Below are positions 48,354 through 58,983 of a DNA stretch of 64,000 nucleotides, one piece after another. Both the position numbers and the translations under genes were made by a program. Position 1 is the stretch's first letter; each line of letters begins with the position of its first letter. The notes under the pieces were generated by a model, which was not told the DNA's origin, ran no database searches, and saw nothing but the letters and a program-made list of their open reading frames with translations. The DNA lies in sequence record SRR31156797_2530. The stretch is one strand, 5' to 3'.

Positions 48354-49385
48354 ATGAAAATTAAAGTGAAGTTCGCCCTTAATTTACTTTTACTAGTAGG
48401 GATTCTGGGTGTGATGTATTTTTTTGTCCGTAACTCGATGATGGATATTTTGGCGGGGCTAAGAGAGACCAGCTTTCTCGTCGTCTTACTGGTTATGGGG
48501 CTTGGCACATTGTACCTAGTGATTGAAGGACGAACAGTCAAAGAGATTGCCGTGACTTTCCAACCGGAATTCACAACCAAGGCGGGGTTTCTGACCGTCT
48601 GTTACAGTGGTTTTTATCGGATTGTGACGTTTGGGGCAGGCACCTTAATCTCAGAGGTGAATTTTTACCGTAAAAATGGCTTGCAGTTGTCACAGGGCGT
48701 TGGGGTCACCACCTTACACATGGTGATGTATAAGTTCGCCATATTGACTTATGCAATCGCTGGGTTGATCATTCAATTTTCGCTATTCTATGACAATGCA
48801 CCCAATATGATTTGGGTAATTTTAGCGGGGATCGTACTCGTTTTTTTGATCATTGCCGCTTTGTTAGCACTTTCGGTCAGCATCAACATCCAAGTCTTTT
48901 TCGTGATCGTCAGCAATAAGCTGTTCAAAAGTGCGACATTAAGAGGATTGGTTGACAAATGCAACACCCAAATTTATTCTTTACGAGAAACAGTCAATGC
49001 GATTATTACCGACCGCACCGCTTTCTTGCGCATCTATTTGTGGAATCTTTTGAAGATGCTGCCTTGGTATGTGATTCCTTATGTGATTCTTGTTGTGCAG
49101 CATCCAGAGATCGATTTCTTGTTGACGTTATCCTTCATCAGTTTTGCCGTCGTCTTGTCCGGGGTGATTCCAACACCGGCAGGGATCGGATCATTTGAAT
49201 TTATTTATATGCTGCTTTTTGGTCCATTAGTTGGCACGGTCGATGCTGCGTCTTCCATGCTACTGTACCGTTTAGCAACATTCATTTGGCCCTTCATAAT
49301 TGGTTTTGCTTATGTAATGAAAGAAAAACGCAAAGATATTAGCCAAGAGTTGACTGAATTAAGAAAAGAAAAAGTGGAAAGTTAA
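48354..49385 (+). CDS. Lysylphosphatidylglycerol synthase TM / flippase-like domain protein (UPF0104)
   Basis: Multi-TM; IPTPAGIGSFE and LLYRLATF motifs. Confidence 0.82.
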   Translation: MKIKVKFALNLLLLVGILGVMYFFVRNSMMDILAGLRETSFLVVLLVMGLGTLYLVIEGRTVKEIAVTFQPEFTTKAGFLTVCYSGFYRIVTFGAGTLISEVNFYRKNGLQLSQGVGVTTLHMVMYKFAILTYAIAGLIIQFSLFYDNAPNMIWVILAGIVLVFLIIAALLALSVSINIQVFFVIVSNKLFKSATLRGLVDKCNTQIYSLRETVNAIITDRTAFLRIYLWNLLKMLPWYVIPYVILVVQHPEIDFLLTLSFISFAVVLSGVIPTPAGIGSFEFIYMLLFGPLVGTVDAASSMLLYRLATFIWPFIIGFAYVMKEKRKDISQELTELRKEKVES

Positions 49386-49427
49386 AAACACGCTTATCTT
49401 CGAATAGAGGATAAGCGTGTTTTTTTT
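49384..49427. terminator. Bidirectional terminator
   Basis: AAAAACACGCTTATC / GATAAGCGTGTTTTT. Confidence 0.85.
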
Positions 49428-50952
49428 AGTCTTTCAAATCAATGATTCGATCAACAAAGGATTCATAAAACTCGCCTTCATGGGAAACAATCAAAACTGT
49501 TCCAGGAAAGGCCGCCAGGGTTTCTTCCAAATTGTTTTTCGTATCTTGATCGATATGGTTGGTCGGTTCATCAAGAATCAAGAAGTTACTTTTGATCAAC
49601 ATCATTTCGGCTAGTTTGACTTTTGTCTGTTCACCACCACTTAATAGCTTCAATTCTTCCTGGGCTAATTGGCTAGGTAAACCTGCCCGAGAAAGTTGCC
49701 GTCGCAATTCTTTGTTGGTGGCCTTCGGAAAAAGATCCTCAAGGTATTGAAGAGGGGTCTGCAATGGATATTCCCAGTCAAGGTCTTGAGAAAAGTAATT
49801 GAATTTTGTATGCTGTGGGTAAGAAACGGCCCCTTCAATTGCTGGGATCACACCAAGAATCGTTTTGATCAATGTTGATTTACCGATCCCATTAAATCCC
49901 CGTATAGCAATTTTTTCGCCATAGCGGATCGTTAGGTTGATCGGGGAGAGTAAGGGCTTTTGGTCGTATCCAATGACTAGATTGGTGGTTTCCAAGGCCA
50001 AGGTGGTAACGATTGGTGCCAAATCAAATCCTAAATGGGGTTTAGGGACATCTTGCGGTGGGGTCAAACGATCAATTTTTGCCAACTGCTTTTCACGACT
50101 CTTTGCCATCGTTGAACGAGAACCAGCTTTGTATTTACGAATATAGCTTTCGGTTTTCTTGATATGCTCTTGTTGTGCTTCGTATTGCTTCATATAGCTT
50201 TCATTTTGCAGCGTTTTTAGTTTTAATGCTTTGTCTAAATTCCCCGTATACTTAGAAAGCTTGCCAAATTCGATATCAATGATATGGGTCGTGATTTCGT
50301 TAAGGAATTGACGATCATGAGAAACGACTAAATAGGTACCAGTAAAGTCCTGTAAAAACTCAACTAGCCATTTGATGTGCTCATCATCTAAGTGGTTGGT
50401 CGGTTCATCTAAAATCAGCATGTCGGGTTTTTCTAGCAGCATTTTTGCCAAGATCAGTTTTGAGCGTTGACCACCACTTAAAGAAGCGAGGGGGGTATCC
50501 ATTCCGAGAACCGAAATACCTAACCCTTCTGCTAGATCATCGATCAATGTATCCATTTGGTAGAAATTTCCTTGATCCAATTGATTTTGCAATTCGCCCG
50601 CTTTTTCTAAAAGCTTATCGTCGAGGCTTTCGCCATAAGAAGTATAAAGATCGGCAATCTGTTGCTCTTTTTCGAAGTCTTCTGCAAAGGCAGAGCGCAA
50701 AAAATCACGGATCGATTGCGTTTCATCAACATTGACGTATTGATCCAAATAGCCCATTTTCAAATTTTTCGGAAATTGGACGAAGCCATCATCGGGGAGA
50801 ATTTCTCCTGTAATGATTTTGATTAAAGTACTTTTGCCAGCGCCGTTCCGTCCAATCAAACCGACTTTTTCACCACGGTTGATTTGAACGGAAACGTCTT
50901 CGTAAAGCAATTTGTCGCCAAATTGTTGGCTAATATTCGTTAATGTTAACAT
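49426..50952 (-). CDS. ABC-F family ribosome-associated ATPase
   Basis: Two NBDs (GRNGAGKS/LSGGQ/LDEPTNH; GFNGIGKS/LSGGE/LDEPTNH), no TM segments. Confidence 0.92.
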   Translation of the reverse strand: MLTLTNISQQFGDKLLYEDVSVQINRGEKVGLIGRNGAGKSTLIKIITGEILPDDGFVQFPKNLKMGYLDQYVNVDETQSIRDFLRSAFAEDFEKEQQIADLYTSYGESLDDKLLEKAGELQNQLDQGNFYQMDTLIDDLAEGLGISVLGMDTPLASLSGGQRSKLILAKMLLEKPDMLILDEPTNHLDDEHIKWLVEFLQDFTGTYLVVSHDRQFLNEITTHIIDIEFGKLSKYTGNLDKALKLKTLQNESYMKQYEAQQEHIKKTESYIRKYKAGSRSTMAKSREKQLAKIDRLTPPQDVPKPHLGFDLAPIVTTLALETTNLVIGYDQKPLLSPINLTIRYGEKIAIRGFNGIGKSTLIKTILGVIPAIEGAVSYPQHTKFNYFSQDLDWEYPLQTPLQYLEDLFPKATNKELRRQLSRAGLPSQLAQEELKLLSGGEQTKVKLAEMMLIKSNFLILDEPTNHIDQDTKNNLEETLAAFPGTVLIVSHEGEFYESFVDRIIDLKD

Positions 50953-50966
50953 CATTTCCTCCATAT

Positions 50967-51112
50967 AAAAAAGCTGTAAACAGTAGACGTTACAGCTAAG
51001 TAGATAATCTTACTGAATAAAAATCGCCAAAAAGCGATCAAAACGATCAGGAAAATCGATTGTTCCTGACCAATCAGGACCTAGCATACCATTGCTGCTT
51101 CCCATCTGTCAA
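50967..51112 (-). promoter_or_regulatory. ABC-F promoter and structured leader containing an internal terminator
   Basis: TTGACA (51112-51107)-18-TATGCT (51088-51083); AGCTGTAA/TTACAGCT stem and T run just before the RBS. Confidence 0.6.
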
Positions 51113-51160
51113 TTTTCATGAAAGAATACTGAAAAAAATCTTGATGTTCGAGGGAAAACT

Positions 51161-51190
51161 TTTGACCATTACTGACCAACGTTGTATAAT
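51161..51190 (+). promoter_or_regulatory. clpB promoter with CtsR box over the -35
   Basis: TTGACC-17-TATAAT; reverse strand GGTCAGTAATGGTCAAA matches the CtsR heptad direct repeat. Confidence 0.85.
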
Positions 51191-51259
51191 AGAAGAGTAG
51201 AAAAAAGGATACTGCTTGCAGCGTACTTTTTTCTGACTACCATTTTGGGAGGGAAAAGT

Positions 51260-53863
51260 ATGAACCCAGAAAAAATGACGACTACATTACAAAGTGCTAT
51301 CGCTGAAGCCCAGCAGATTGCCATGACCCGTCACCATCAAGAAATTGATATTCCGCATTTATGGAAGATTTTATTGCAAGCCAATCAATTCGGCCGCAAT
51401 TTTTACACGGACACAGGTCTCGATGTCGATGCTTTTGAAAAGGAAGTCGACCGACTATTAGATGAACTGCCTTCGGTTGAAGGAGGAAATGTTCGTTATG
51501 GTCAATCCATGAGTCAAAATCTGTTTCATCTTTTGTCTGAGGCAGATCAATTAAAAAATGAATTTCAAGACGAGTATCTTTCCACAGAAATCGTCCTTTA
51601 TGCGTTGATGAAATTGAAAAATCATCCATTGACGGTGTATTTAAAGAAACAAGGAATCAGCGCGAAAGAAATCAAGCAAACGATCGAAACATTAAGAGGA
51701 GGGGATCGTGTGACCTCACAAAATCAAGAAGAACAATACAAAGCTTTAGAAAAATACGGCGTTGACCTGGTGCAACAAGTCCGCAGCGGAAAAATGGACC
51801 CAATTATCGGACGAGACGAAGAAATTCGCGATGTGATTCGCATCCTTTCTCGGAAGACAAAAAACAATCCCGTTTTGATTGGTGAACCAGGAGTTGGTAA
51901 AACAGCCATCGTTGAAGGATTGGCACAAAGGATCGTGCGAAAAGACGTCCCAGAAAACCTAAAAGACAAAACGATCTTTTCTCTGGATATGGGTGCCTTG
52001 ATCGCAGGTGCTAAATTCAGAGGTGAATTTGAAGAGCGTTTGAAAGCTGTCTTACAAGAAGTGAAAAAAGCCGATGGACGCATCATTCTCTTTATTGATG
52101 AGATCCACAATATTGTAGGTGCTGGTAAGACGGAAGGCAGCATGGATGCTGGAAACTTACTGAAACCAATGCTGGCACGGGGAGAATTGCATACGATTGG
52201 CGCAACCACCCTTGATGAATACCGTCAATACATGGAAAAGGATAAAGCTTTGGAACGTCGTTTCCAAAAAGTGCTGGTACAGGAACCAACCGTTCAAGAT
52301 ACGATCTCAATTTTACGTGGGCTGAAAGAACGGTTCGAGATCCATCATGGCGTCAACATCCATGACAACGCGCTTGTTGCAGCGGCTACCTTATCTGACC
52401 GTTATATCACGGACCGCTTTTTACCAGACAAAGCCATCGATTTGATCGATGAAGCAAGTGCCACGATTCGGGTGGAAATGAATTCGATGCCTACTGAGCT
52501 CGACCAAGTTACCCGTCGTTTGATGCAACTTGAGATCGAAGAAGCCGCATTGAAAAAGGAATCCGATGATGCATCGAAAAAACGCTTAGGCATTTTACAA
52601 GAAGAATTGGCGGAATTGCGTGAAGAAGTCAATACCATGAAAATGCAGTGGGAAACGGAAAAAGAAGAAGTCAATGCAGTTTCCAACAAACGGGCAGAGA
52701 TCGATAAAGCCAAGCATGAGTTGGAAGATGCTGAAAATAACTATGATTTGGAACGGGCAGCTGTTCTTCGTCATGGGACGATTCCACAACTGGAAAAAGA
52801 ACTAGCTGAACTGGAAGAAAAAAATCAAGATGAAGGCATTCGGATGGTCCAAGAATCAGTGACCGAAAATGAGATTGCCCTAGTCGTTGGACGTTTGACA
52901 GGGATTCCTGTTGCGAAATTAGTGGAAGGCGAACGGGAAAAACTGTTGAAATTAAATGAGACCTTGCATCAACGAGTGATCGGACAAGACGAAGCCGTCG
53001 ATGCCGTCAGTGATGCCGTCATTCGTTCACGAGCTGGCCTGCAAGATCCAAATCGACCATTAGGTTCCTTCTTGTTCTTAGGTCCGACCGGCGTCGGTAA
53101 GACCGAATTAGCGAAAGCGTTGGCGGTCAATCTCTTTGATTCAGAAGAGCATATGGTTCGGATCGATATGAGCGAATACATGGAAAAACATTCGGTGTCT
53201 CGCTTAGTCGGTGCCCCTCCAGGCTATGTAGGGTTTGAAGAAGGTGGCCAATTGACTGAAGCTGTTCGACGCAATCCATACACGATCGTCTTATTGGATG
53301 AGATCGAAAAAGCCCATCCTGATGTTTTCAATATCTTATTACAAGTGCTTGATGATGGCCGTTTGACAGATTCAAAAGGGCGAGTCGTTGATTTCAAAAA
53401 TACAGTCTTGATCATGACTAGCAATATCGGCTCTCAAGTCTTGCTAGATGGCGTGACCGCAGAAGGGACGATCCCAGAAAACGTTGCTGAAAATGTCCGT
53501 AATCTCTTGAGAGGGCATTTTAAACCAGAATTCTTAAATCGGATCGACGACACGATTTTGTTCACACCGCTTAGTCTAAACGATGTGACAGGCATCGTCG
53601 ACAAGATCATCGCACAGCTGTCACAACGACTGGAAGTCCAAGATATACTGTTGACGATCACTGAAGAAGCCAAACGCTGGATCGCTGAAAATGCTTATGA
53701 GCCAGCATATGGTGCGCGACCTCTCCGTCGGTTTATCACGAGAGAAGTCGAAACCCCATTGGCAAAAGAAATCGTTGCTGGCAGAGTCTTACCAAAGACC
53801 CAAGTCACGATTGAATTATTGAACGAACAGCTGGTTTTTGAAAATACGCCAATTACCGAGTAA
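51260..53863 (+). CDS. clpB: Chaperone ClpB
   Basis: Two AAA+ modules ([16 protein letters not shown]) and a long coiled-coil middle domain. Confidence 0.96.
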   Translation: MNPEKMTTTLQSAIAEAQQIAMTRHHQEIDIPHLWKILLQANQFGRNFYTDTGLDVDAFEKEVDRLLDELPSVEGGNVRYGQSMSQNLFHLLSEADQLKNEFQDEYLSTEIVLYALMKLKNHPLTVYLKKQGISAKEIKQTIETLRGGDRVTSQNQEEQYKALEKYGVDLVQQVRSGKMDPIIGRDEEIRDVIRILSRKTKNNPVLIGEPGVGKTAIVEGLAQRIVRKDVPENLKDKTIFSLDMGALIAGAKFRGEFEERLKAVLQEVKKADGRIILFIDEIHNIVGAGKTEGSMDAGNLLKPMLARGELHTIGATTLDEYRQYMEKDKALERRFQKVLVQEPTVQDTISILRGLKERFEIHHGVNIHDNALVAAATLSDRYITDRFLPDKAIDLIDEASATIRVEMNSMPTELDQVTRRLMQLEIEEAALKKESDDASKKRLGILQEELAELREEVNTMKMQWETEKEEVNAVSNKRAEIDKAKHELEDAENNYDLERAAVLRHGTIPQLEKELAELEEKNQDEGIRMVQESVTENEIALVVGRLTGIPVAKLVEGEREKLLKLNETLHQRVIGQDEAVDAVSDAVIRSRAGLQDPNRPLGSFLFLGPTGVGKTELAKALAVNLFDSEEHMVRIDMSEYMEKHSVSRLVGAPPGYVGFEEGGQLTEAVRRNPYTIVLLDEIEKAHPDVFNILLQVLDDGRLTDSKGRVVDFKNTVLIMTSNIGSQVLLDGVTAEGTIPENVAENVRNLLRGHFKPEFLNRIDDTILFTPLSLNDVTGIVDKIIAQLSQRLEVQDILLTITEEAKRWIAENAYEPAYGARPLRRFITREVETPLAKEIVAGRVLPKTQVTIELLNEQLVFENTPITE

Positions 53864-53889
53864 TAAAAAGATAAAAAATGGATAAATGC

Positions 53890-53930
53890 AAAACGATGGT
53901 TGCCGTTTCATTGGCAGCCGTCGTTTTTTT
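53890..53930 (+). terminator. clpB terminator
   Basis: AAAACGATGGTTGCC / GGCAGCCGTCGTTTT. Confidence 0.8.
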
Positions 53931-54030
53931 GCCGCTCAACATAAGACAAAAAAGTTCCCCTTGCTTGTTGTTTGGAGGAAATTCGCACTTCGATTATACT
54001 GTTCTTATGGAGTAGGAGAGGAATGAAAAG

Positions 54031-55572
54031 ATGAATACTTTTTTTGAAACGTTGAATGAGCGAAAAGGGGAATTGCTGACAGCTGTCTTTGAGCATTTGT
54101 CATTGTCGATCATTGCGCTGCTGGTGGCGATCGTTATTGCTGTCCCGTTAGCCATTTGGCTGGTTAATCATAAACGGGCAGCGGAAGTCGGCCTACAAAT
54201 AACGAGTGTGCTACAAACGATTCCATCACTGGCACTGTTAGGTTTATTGATTCCATTTGTGGGGATCGGAACGCCGCCTGCGTTGATCGCACTAGTTATT
54301 TATGCGTTATTGCCGATCTTTCAAAATACCTATATTGGCCTTTCGGAGATCGATCCATCAATCGAAGAAGCTGCGGCGGCATTTGGTATGTCTCGGATGC
54401 GCCGATTGATCAAAGTCGAATTGCCGATTGCCTTGCCTGTCATTATTTCGGGGATTCGCACGGCGTTGGTCTTGATCATCGGAACAGCGACTTTAGCCGC
54501 TCTGATTGGCGCTGGTGGGCTAGGTTCCTTTATTTTGTTGGGGATCGATCGGAATGCCCCTGAATTAACGTTGATCGGCGCGATCGGGTCTGCTTTACTG
54601 GCTATTATTTTCAGTACGTTGATCCGTTATCTACAACACCTGAAACCGCGCTATACCTTGATTACGCTGGCAGCGATCATCTTGCTGATTGGCGGCGTTT
54701 CTTTTTCACAGAGCGGATTTTTCGCGCCGAAAACCATTACCATAGCTGGGAAGTTAGGGTCTGAACCTGATATCTTGATCAACATGTACAAAGAATTGAT
54801 TGAGCAAGAAGATCCTGATGCACAGGTTGAATTGGAACCTAACTTTGGGAAAACTTCTTTCTTATTCAGTGCTTTAGACAATGACCAAGTCGACATTTAT
54901 CCAGAATTTACTGGAACTGTGTTGGAGAGTTTAGTGGATGTACCGGAAAAAACCGCTAGTCAAAAACTTGACTCTGACGAAACCTATACCGAAGCAGTCA
55001 ATCTGTTAAAGGATCAGTTTGAGATGACCTTGCTTCAGCCGATGGCGTATCAAAATACCTATGCGTTGGCTGTGAAAAAAGAATTTGCTGAGGAAAATGG
55101 ACTAACCACGATCTCTGATTTGAAGAAAATCGAAAATCAAATCAAAGCCGGCTTTACCCTCGAATTCATTGATCGGACGGACGGTTATGCGGGCATCCAA
55201 GAACTCTATGGGCTAGATTTTCCAAGTGTCCAAAGTATGGAACCAGCATTGCGTTATCAAGCCATCAATAATGGCGACATCAATCTACTGGATGCCTATT
55301 CCACGGACAGTGAATTGCGTCAATATGGCTTAGTTATTCTAGAAGACGATCAAGAACTATTTCCACCTTATCAAGGAGCGCCTTTGATGAAAGAAGCCTT
55401 TGCCAAGGAACATCCAGAAGTCGTCCGTGCATTGGAAAAGCTGGCAGGTAAAATCACCGAAGAACAAATGAGTGAAATGAATTATCAGGTCAATGTCGAA
55501 GGAAAAAATCCAGCAGAAGTCGCGCGTACCTTCCTGATAGATGAAGGATTAATTAAGGAGGGACAAGAATGA
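54031..55572 (+). CDS. Osmoprotectant (betaine/choline/carnitine) ABC permease fused to substrate-binding domain
   Basis: [11 protein letters not shown] loop, [19 protein letters not shown]. Confidence 0.92.
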   Translation: MNTFFETLNERKGELLTAVFEHLSLSIIALLVAIVIAVPLAIWLVNHKRAAEVGLQITSVLQTIPSLALLGLLIPFVGIGTPPALIALVIYALLPIFQNTYIGLSEIDPSIEEAAAAFGMSRMRRLIKVELPIALPVIISGIRTALVLIIGTATLAALIGAGGLGSFILLGIDRNAPELTLIGAIGSALLAIIFSTLIRYLQHLKPRYTLITLAAIILLIGGVSFSQSGFFAPKTITIAGKLGSEPDILINMYKELIEQEDPDAQVELEPNFGKTSFLFSALDNDQVDIYPEFTGTVLESLVDVPEKTASQKLDSDETYTEAVNLLKDQFEMTLLQPMAYQNTYALAVKKEFAEENGLTTISDLKKIENQIKAGFTLEFIDRTDGYAGIQELYGLDFPSVQSMEPALRYQAINNGDINLLDAYSTDSELRQYGLVILEDDQELFPPYQGAPLMKEAFAKEHPEVVRALEKLAGKITEEQMSEMNYQVNVEGKNPAEVARTFLIDEGLIKEGQE

Positions 55573-56522
55573 CACCAATTATTGAATTTAAAAACGTCAG
55601 TAAAAAGTTTGATCAAAAAATAGTGATCGATCAATTAGATCTGAGCATCAATAAAGGGGAAATCTTTGTTTTGGTCGGTCCTTCTGGGAGTGGGAAAACG
55701 ACGACTTTGAAGATGATCAACGCGTTGTCAGAACCAACGGATGGCGATATTTACTTCAAAGAAAAACGAATCAAAGAATACAATATCCAAAAAATGCGTT
55801 GGCAAATGGGGTATGTTCTCCAACAAATCGCCCTGTTTCCGACAATGGATGTGAAGCAAAATATTGAAGTAATCCCAGAGATGTTAGGGTGGTCGAAAAA
55901 AGATCGCTCAGAAGCCGTGGATCGTTTGCTGACACAGGTCAAACTTGACCCAGAGCAATACCGCCATCGAATGCCTAAAGAGTTGTCAGGAGGAGAACAG
56001 CAGCGGATCGGGATTTTAAGAGCGTTAGCTGCTAACCCAGAAATTATTCTGATGGACGAGCCCTTTAGTGCTCTTGATCCAATTTCTCGAAATTCCTTAC
56101 AGGAGTTAGTCCTCGATTTGCACCAAGAGCTTGGGACGACGATTATTTTTGTCACGCATAACATGAAAGAAGCGGTAAAACTAGGTACGCGCATTGCTGT
56201 CATGAATCAAGGGAAGATCGTCCAATGTGATACACCGGAAGTGATTGTCTCGCAACCAAAAACTGCTTTTGTGAAAAGTTTTTTTGAAGAGACCGGTGAA
56301 GACGAAGCAAAACTGGTCACTGCAGGGGATTTGATGCGGATGAACTTTTTCAGCGATGAAGTCAACCCAGTGGCTCCTCAAATCGCTGCATCTACTACTT
56401 TAAATGAGTTGTATACCTTATTTGCAACTCATGACACGGTAGTGATTGAAGAAGAGCAGAAACTCGTAGGGAGTCTAAGTCGAAAAGATGTGTTTGCTTT
56501 CTTGAGTCGTGATCGAACGTAA
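55569..56522 (+). CDS. Osmoprotectant ABC ATP-binding subunit
   Basis: [32 protein letters not shown] overlap with the permease. Confidence 0.92.
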   Translation: MTPIIEFKNVSKKFDQKIVIDQLDLSINKGEIFVLVGPSGSGKTTTLKMINALSEPTDGDIYFKEKRIKEYNIQKMRWQMGYVLQQIALFPTMDVKQNIEVIPEMLGWSKKDRSEAVDRLLTQVKLDPEQYRHRMPKELSGGEQQRIGILRALAANPEIILMDEPFSALDPISRNSLQELVLDLHQELGTTIIFVTHNMKEAVKLGTRIAVMNQGKIVQCDTPEVIVSQPKTAFVKSFFEETGEDEAKLVTAGDLMRMNFFSDEVNPVAPQIAASTTLNELYTLFATHDTVVIEEEQKLVGSLSRKDVFAFLSRDRT

Positions 56523-56689
56523 AAGGTTCTTTATGGCCACTAGAAATGTCATATTTTTTTAAAAATCGATGATTTCTCTTGCTCAATGTAAAAATTCCAC
56601 GTAAGATTGAGGAAGATATCTTTTGTCAGAATGCCAGAAACGAGCTTTGATAATGACAAAAGATGCAGTAAAGGAGCGAAAGAGCAGCT

Positions 56690-57259
56690 ATGGTAAAAAT
56701 CCTAAAAGAGAATTGGTTACTGCTTTTCTTTATCGTCGCCGTGGTTCTCATCCGTTTGTTTGTCCTGACGCCAGTTCAAGTCAGTGGCCATTCTATGGAT
56801 CCAACTTTGGCCGATAAGCAGCGTTTGATTGCATCAAAAATTTCTTCATATGACCGCCAAGACATCGTGATATGTGTTGAACCAGATGATCCAAGCAAAA
56901 TTGCTGTCAAGCGGCTGATTGGTTTACCCGGTGATACGATTGAGATGAAAGATGATGTCCTAACAATCAATGGAGAAGTATACGAAGAACCCTATTTAGA
57001 TGAGTTTAAAGAGAAATTTGCGGACGATCAATTACAAGACGAATATTCTTATCGCGAAATGTTTCAGCAGATCGCCGCTGGTGCAGAACACTTTACCGAC
57101 GATTTTACGGTAACTGTTCCTGAAGGCAGCTATTTTGTGATGGGAGACAATCGTTTGATCTCTCGGGACAGTCGTAGTTTCGGGGTCGTAACAGAAGATC
57201 AAATGGAGGGGAAAGTGCTGCTGCGTTTTTGGCCTTTGAATCAAATCAAACTTTTCTAA
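56690..57259 (+). CDS. lepB: Signal peptidase I
   Basis: SGHSMDPTL (Ser), KRLIGLPGD (Lys), MGDNR..SRDSR. Confidence 0.94.
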   Translation: MVKILKENWLLLFFIVAVVLIRLFVLTPVQVSGHSMDPTLADKQRLIASKISSYDRQDIVICVEPDDPSKIAVKRLIGLPGDTIEMKDDVLTINGEVYEEPYLDEFKEKFADDQLQDEYSYREMFQQIAAGAEHFTDDFTVTVPEGSYFVMGDNRLISRDSRSFGVVTEDQMEGKVLLRFWPLNQIKLF

Positions 57260-57263
57260 CCAC

Positions 57264-57320
57264 AAAAAAACATTCTTGCCAATGCAGCGAAAACGCCGCA
57301 ACTGGCAAGAATGTTTTTTT
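57264..57320. terminator. Bidirectional long-stem terminator
   Basis: AAAAAAACATTCTTGCCA / TGGCAAGAATGTTTTTTT. Confidence 0.85.
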
Positions 57321-57504
57321 AGATGACCCAAGCGACAAATGCAACCATTGAAAAGAACATTGTCCAAACCGCAATAATAGCTGATGCGATAAAAATAATT
57401 TTGATTGATAAAGGTTGGACAAATTTTCGGGCATCTTTAGAGAACGCATAGGTGATCGATGAAAAAATCAAGCAGCATAAAATAAAAAACACTGTTAGAA
57501 CCAT
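57319..57504 (-). CDS. Small two-TM membrane protein
   Basis: AAAGGAGAGG RBS, TGTTATAAT upstream, terminator downstream, two hydrophobic segments. Confidence 0.6.
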   Translation of the reverse strand: MVLTVFFILCCLIFSSITYAFSKDARKFVQPLSIKIIFIASAIIAVWTMFFSMVAFVAWVI

Positions 57505-57731
57505 AAGCCTCTCCTTTACTGACGCAATGTCAAATGAATAATGTAATTATAACAGACCATGGTTTTTTGGGGAAATAAAAATGATTAAACGAGGGAATTT
57601 TCTTGTAGTTGTAACCGTTTTATAGGGAAGTGTAAGAAAGGTCGAACCTTGTTAGACAGCGAAATTATAAAAATAAGCCGTGTTATTTAAGTATTTTTAT
57701 AAATTTTTCTTTATCAATAAAAGAACAAAAG

Positions 57732-57771
57732 AAAAAAGCTTGTTGAAAAACGATGGTTTCAACAAGCTTTT
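57732..57771 (-). terminator. Terminator of the Eis-NDT-membrane operon
   Basis: AAAAGCTTGTTGAAA / TTTCAACAAGCTTTT. Confidence 0.8.
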
Positions 57772-57780
57772 AAAGGTTGG

Positions 57781-58446
57781 TTATGATAATTTTTTAATCC
57801 GATAACTTTCAAAGTAATCAGGTTTGCCTCGTCCTTGAACATACGCGATCACGCCCATCAAAGCAGCACCAATCGTGTTGGTTAGTAAATCGCCCATCGT
57901 ATCCATCAATGCTTCACGACCAATAAACGGGGTGCCATCTAAGGTTGCATAACGTTGGAGATTCATTCCACCAACAGAGTCGCAGATGAATTCCCAAAAC
58001 TCCCAGAAAACACCACACAAGCCAGCAAAAGCAAAGCCCATCAGTAAAAATAACCAAGGCGAAACTTTTGAAACGGGCACTTCTTTTAGTAAGAGACAGA
58101 TCAATCCATAGCCTACAGCCGTCAAGACCATTGGGCTTACCGCATGCAGAATTTTATCCCAGAAAGCAATGGTTTCGATCAAATGTAAGATCGTCCCCAT
58201 GAATACGGAGATCAGCAAGAAAAACCAATAAAAGTAGACGGTGGCATTTGGTAGCTGGATTTTTAAGAACTTTTTACTCATTTCTGGGACAAAGATCAAT
58301 AAAATCCCAAGTAAGGCTTGACCCAAGAAAATCAGTCCTTGTGTTTGCGGATAGACGCCACGGAAAAATTCCCACAAAGAAAAACAAAACACGAGAATAC
58401 CGAAAATAGTGAATACCTTTTGCAGTCGCTGATAATTTTGCCCCAT
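57781..58446 (-). CDS. Integral membrane protein (DUF2238/VanZ-like motifs)
   Basis: Multi-TM; WDKILH, WEFWEF, DTMGDL. Confidence 0.7.
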   Translation of the reverse strand: MGQNYQRLQKVFTIFGILVFCFSLWEFFRGVYPQTQGLIFLGQALLGILLIFVPEMSKKFLKIQLPNATVYFYWFFLLISVFMGTILHLIETIAFWDKILHAVSPMVLTAVGYGLICLLLKEVPVSKVSPWLFLLMGFAFAGLCGVFWEFWEFICDSVGGMNLQRYATLDGTPFIGREALMDTMGDLLTNTIGAALMGVIAYVQGRGKPDYFESYRIKKLS

Positions 58447-58932
58447 TTAGTTGTCCTCCGAAAGATAGTCTGCTAAGCCAGCTACAAGTGCTGCTTCAGA
58501 GGAATAAATCTCACCGTTTAGCTTGATCAAACCCACCGTATAAAGATTGACATAGTGGAACTGATTTTCCGCAACGGTTTGTAATGCTGCCAGCTTTTGC
58601 TGATTATCGGCACCTTGTTGGCGACTATCCGTATAAAGCCCTAAAACAGGAATGCCTTTTGCATAGGCGACGCCAATCTCAGAGGCAACCCCAGCATCGA
58701 TGGTCAAACCATCCAGCAAAGCGATCATCAAATCGCTTTCCAGTACTTTTTCGGTATCTGCCAACGCAATCATTTTGCTATCCGCGTAGGCGGACTTATC
58801 ATTGATCGCGGCATTTTCTTGAGGTAAATAAATCTCCAGCTGCGGATACTGCTGGCGAATCGACGCAACAAGTTCGGCGTTGTAGCGAAGGTCACTAGCA
58901 GCAAACAGGGGAGCAGCAAAATATAGTTTCAT
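58447..58932 (-). CDS. Nucleoside 2-deoxyribosyltransferase / nucleotide N-glycosidase family
   Basis: YFAAPLF, LPQE, DAGVASEIGVA. Confidence 0.88.
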   Translation of the reverse strand: MKLYFAAPLFAASDLRYNAELVASIRQQYPQLEIYLPQENAAINDKSAYADSKMIALADTEKVLESDLMIALLDGLTIDAGVASEIGVAYAKGIPVLGLYTDSRQQGADNQQKLAALQTVAENQFHYVNLYTVGLIKLNGEIYSSEAALVAGLADYLSEDN

Positions 58933-58983
58933 TCAAAAACACTCCTTAATCATTCATAGTTGTACGTTTTGTTGATTCGTTGT

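Noticed and set aside
58447-58932. NDT-fold gene as an anti-phage defence effector
   Set aside because: No defence-associated neighbours; housekeeping context and ordinary composition
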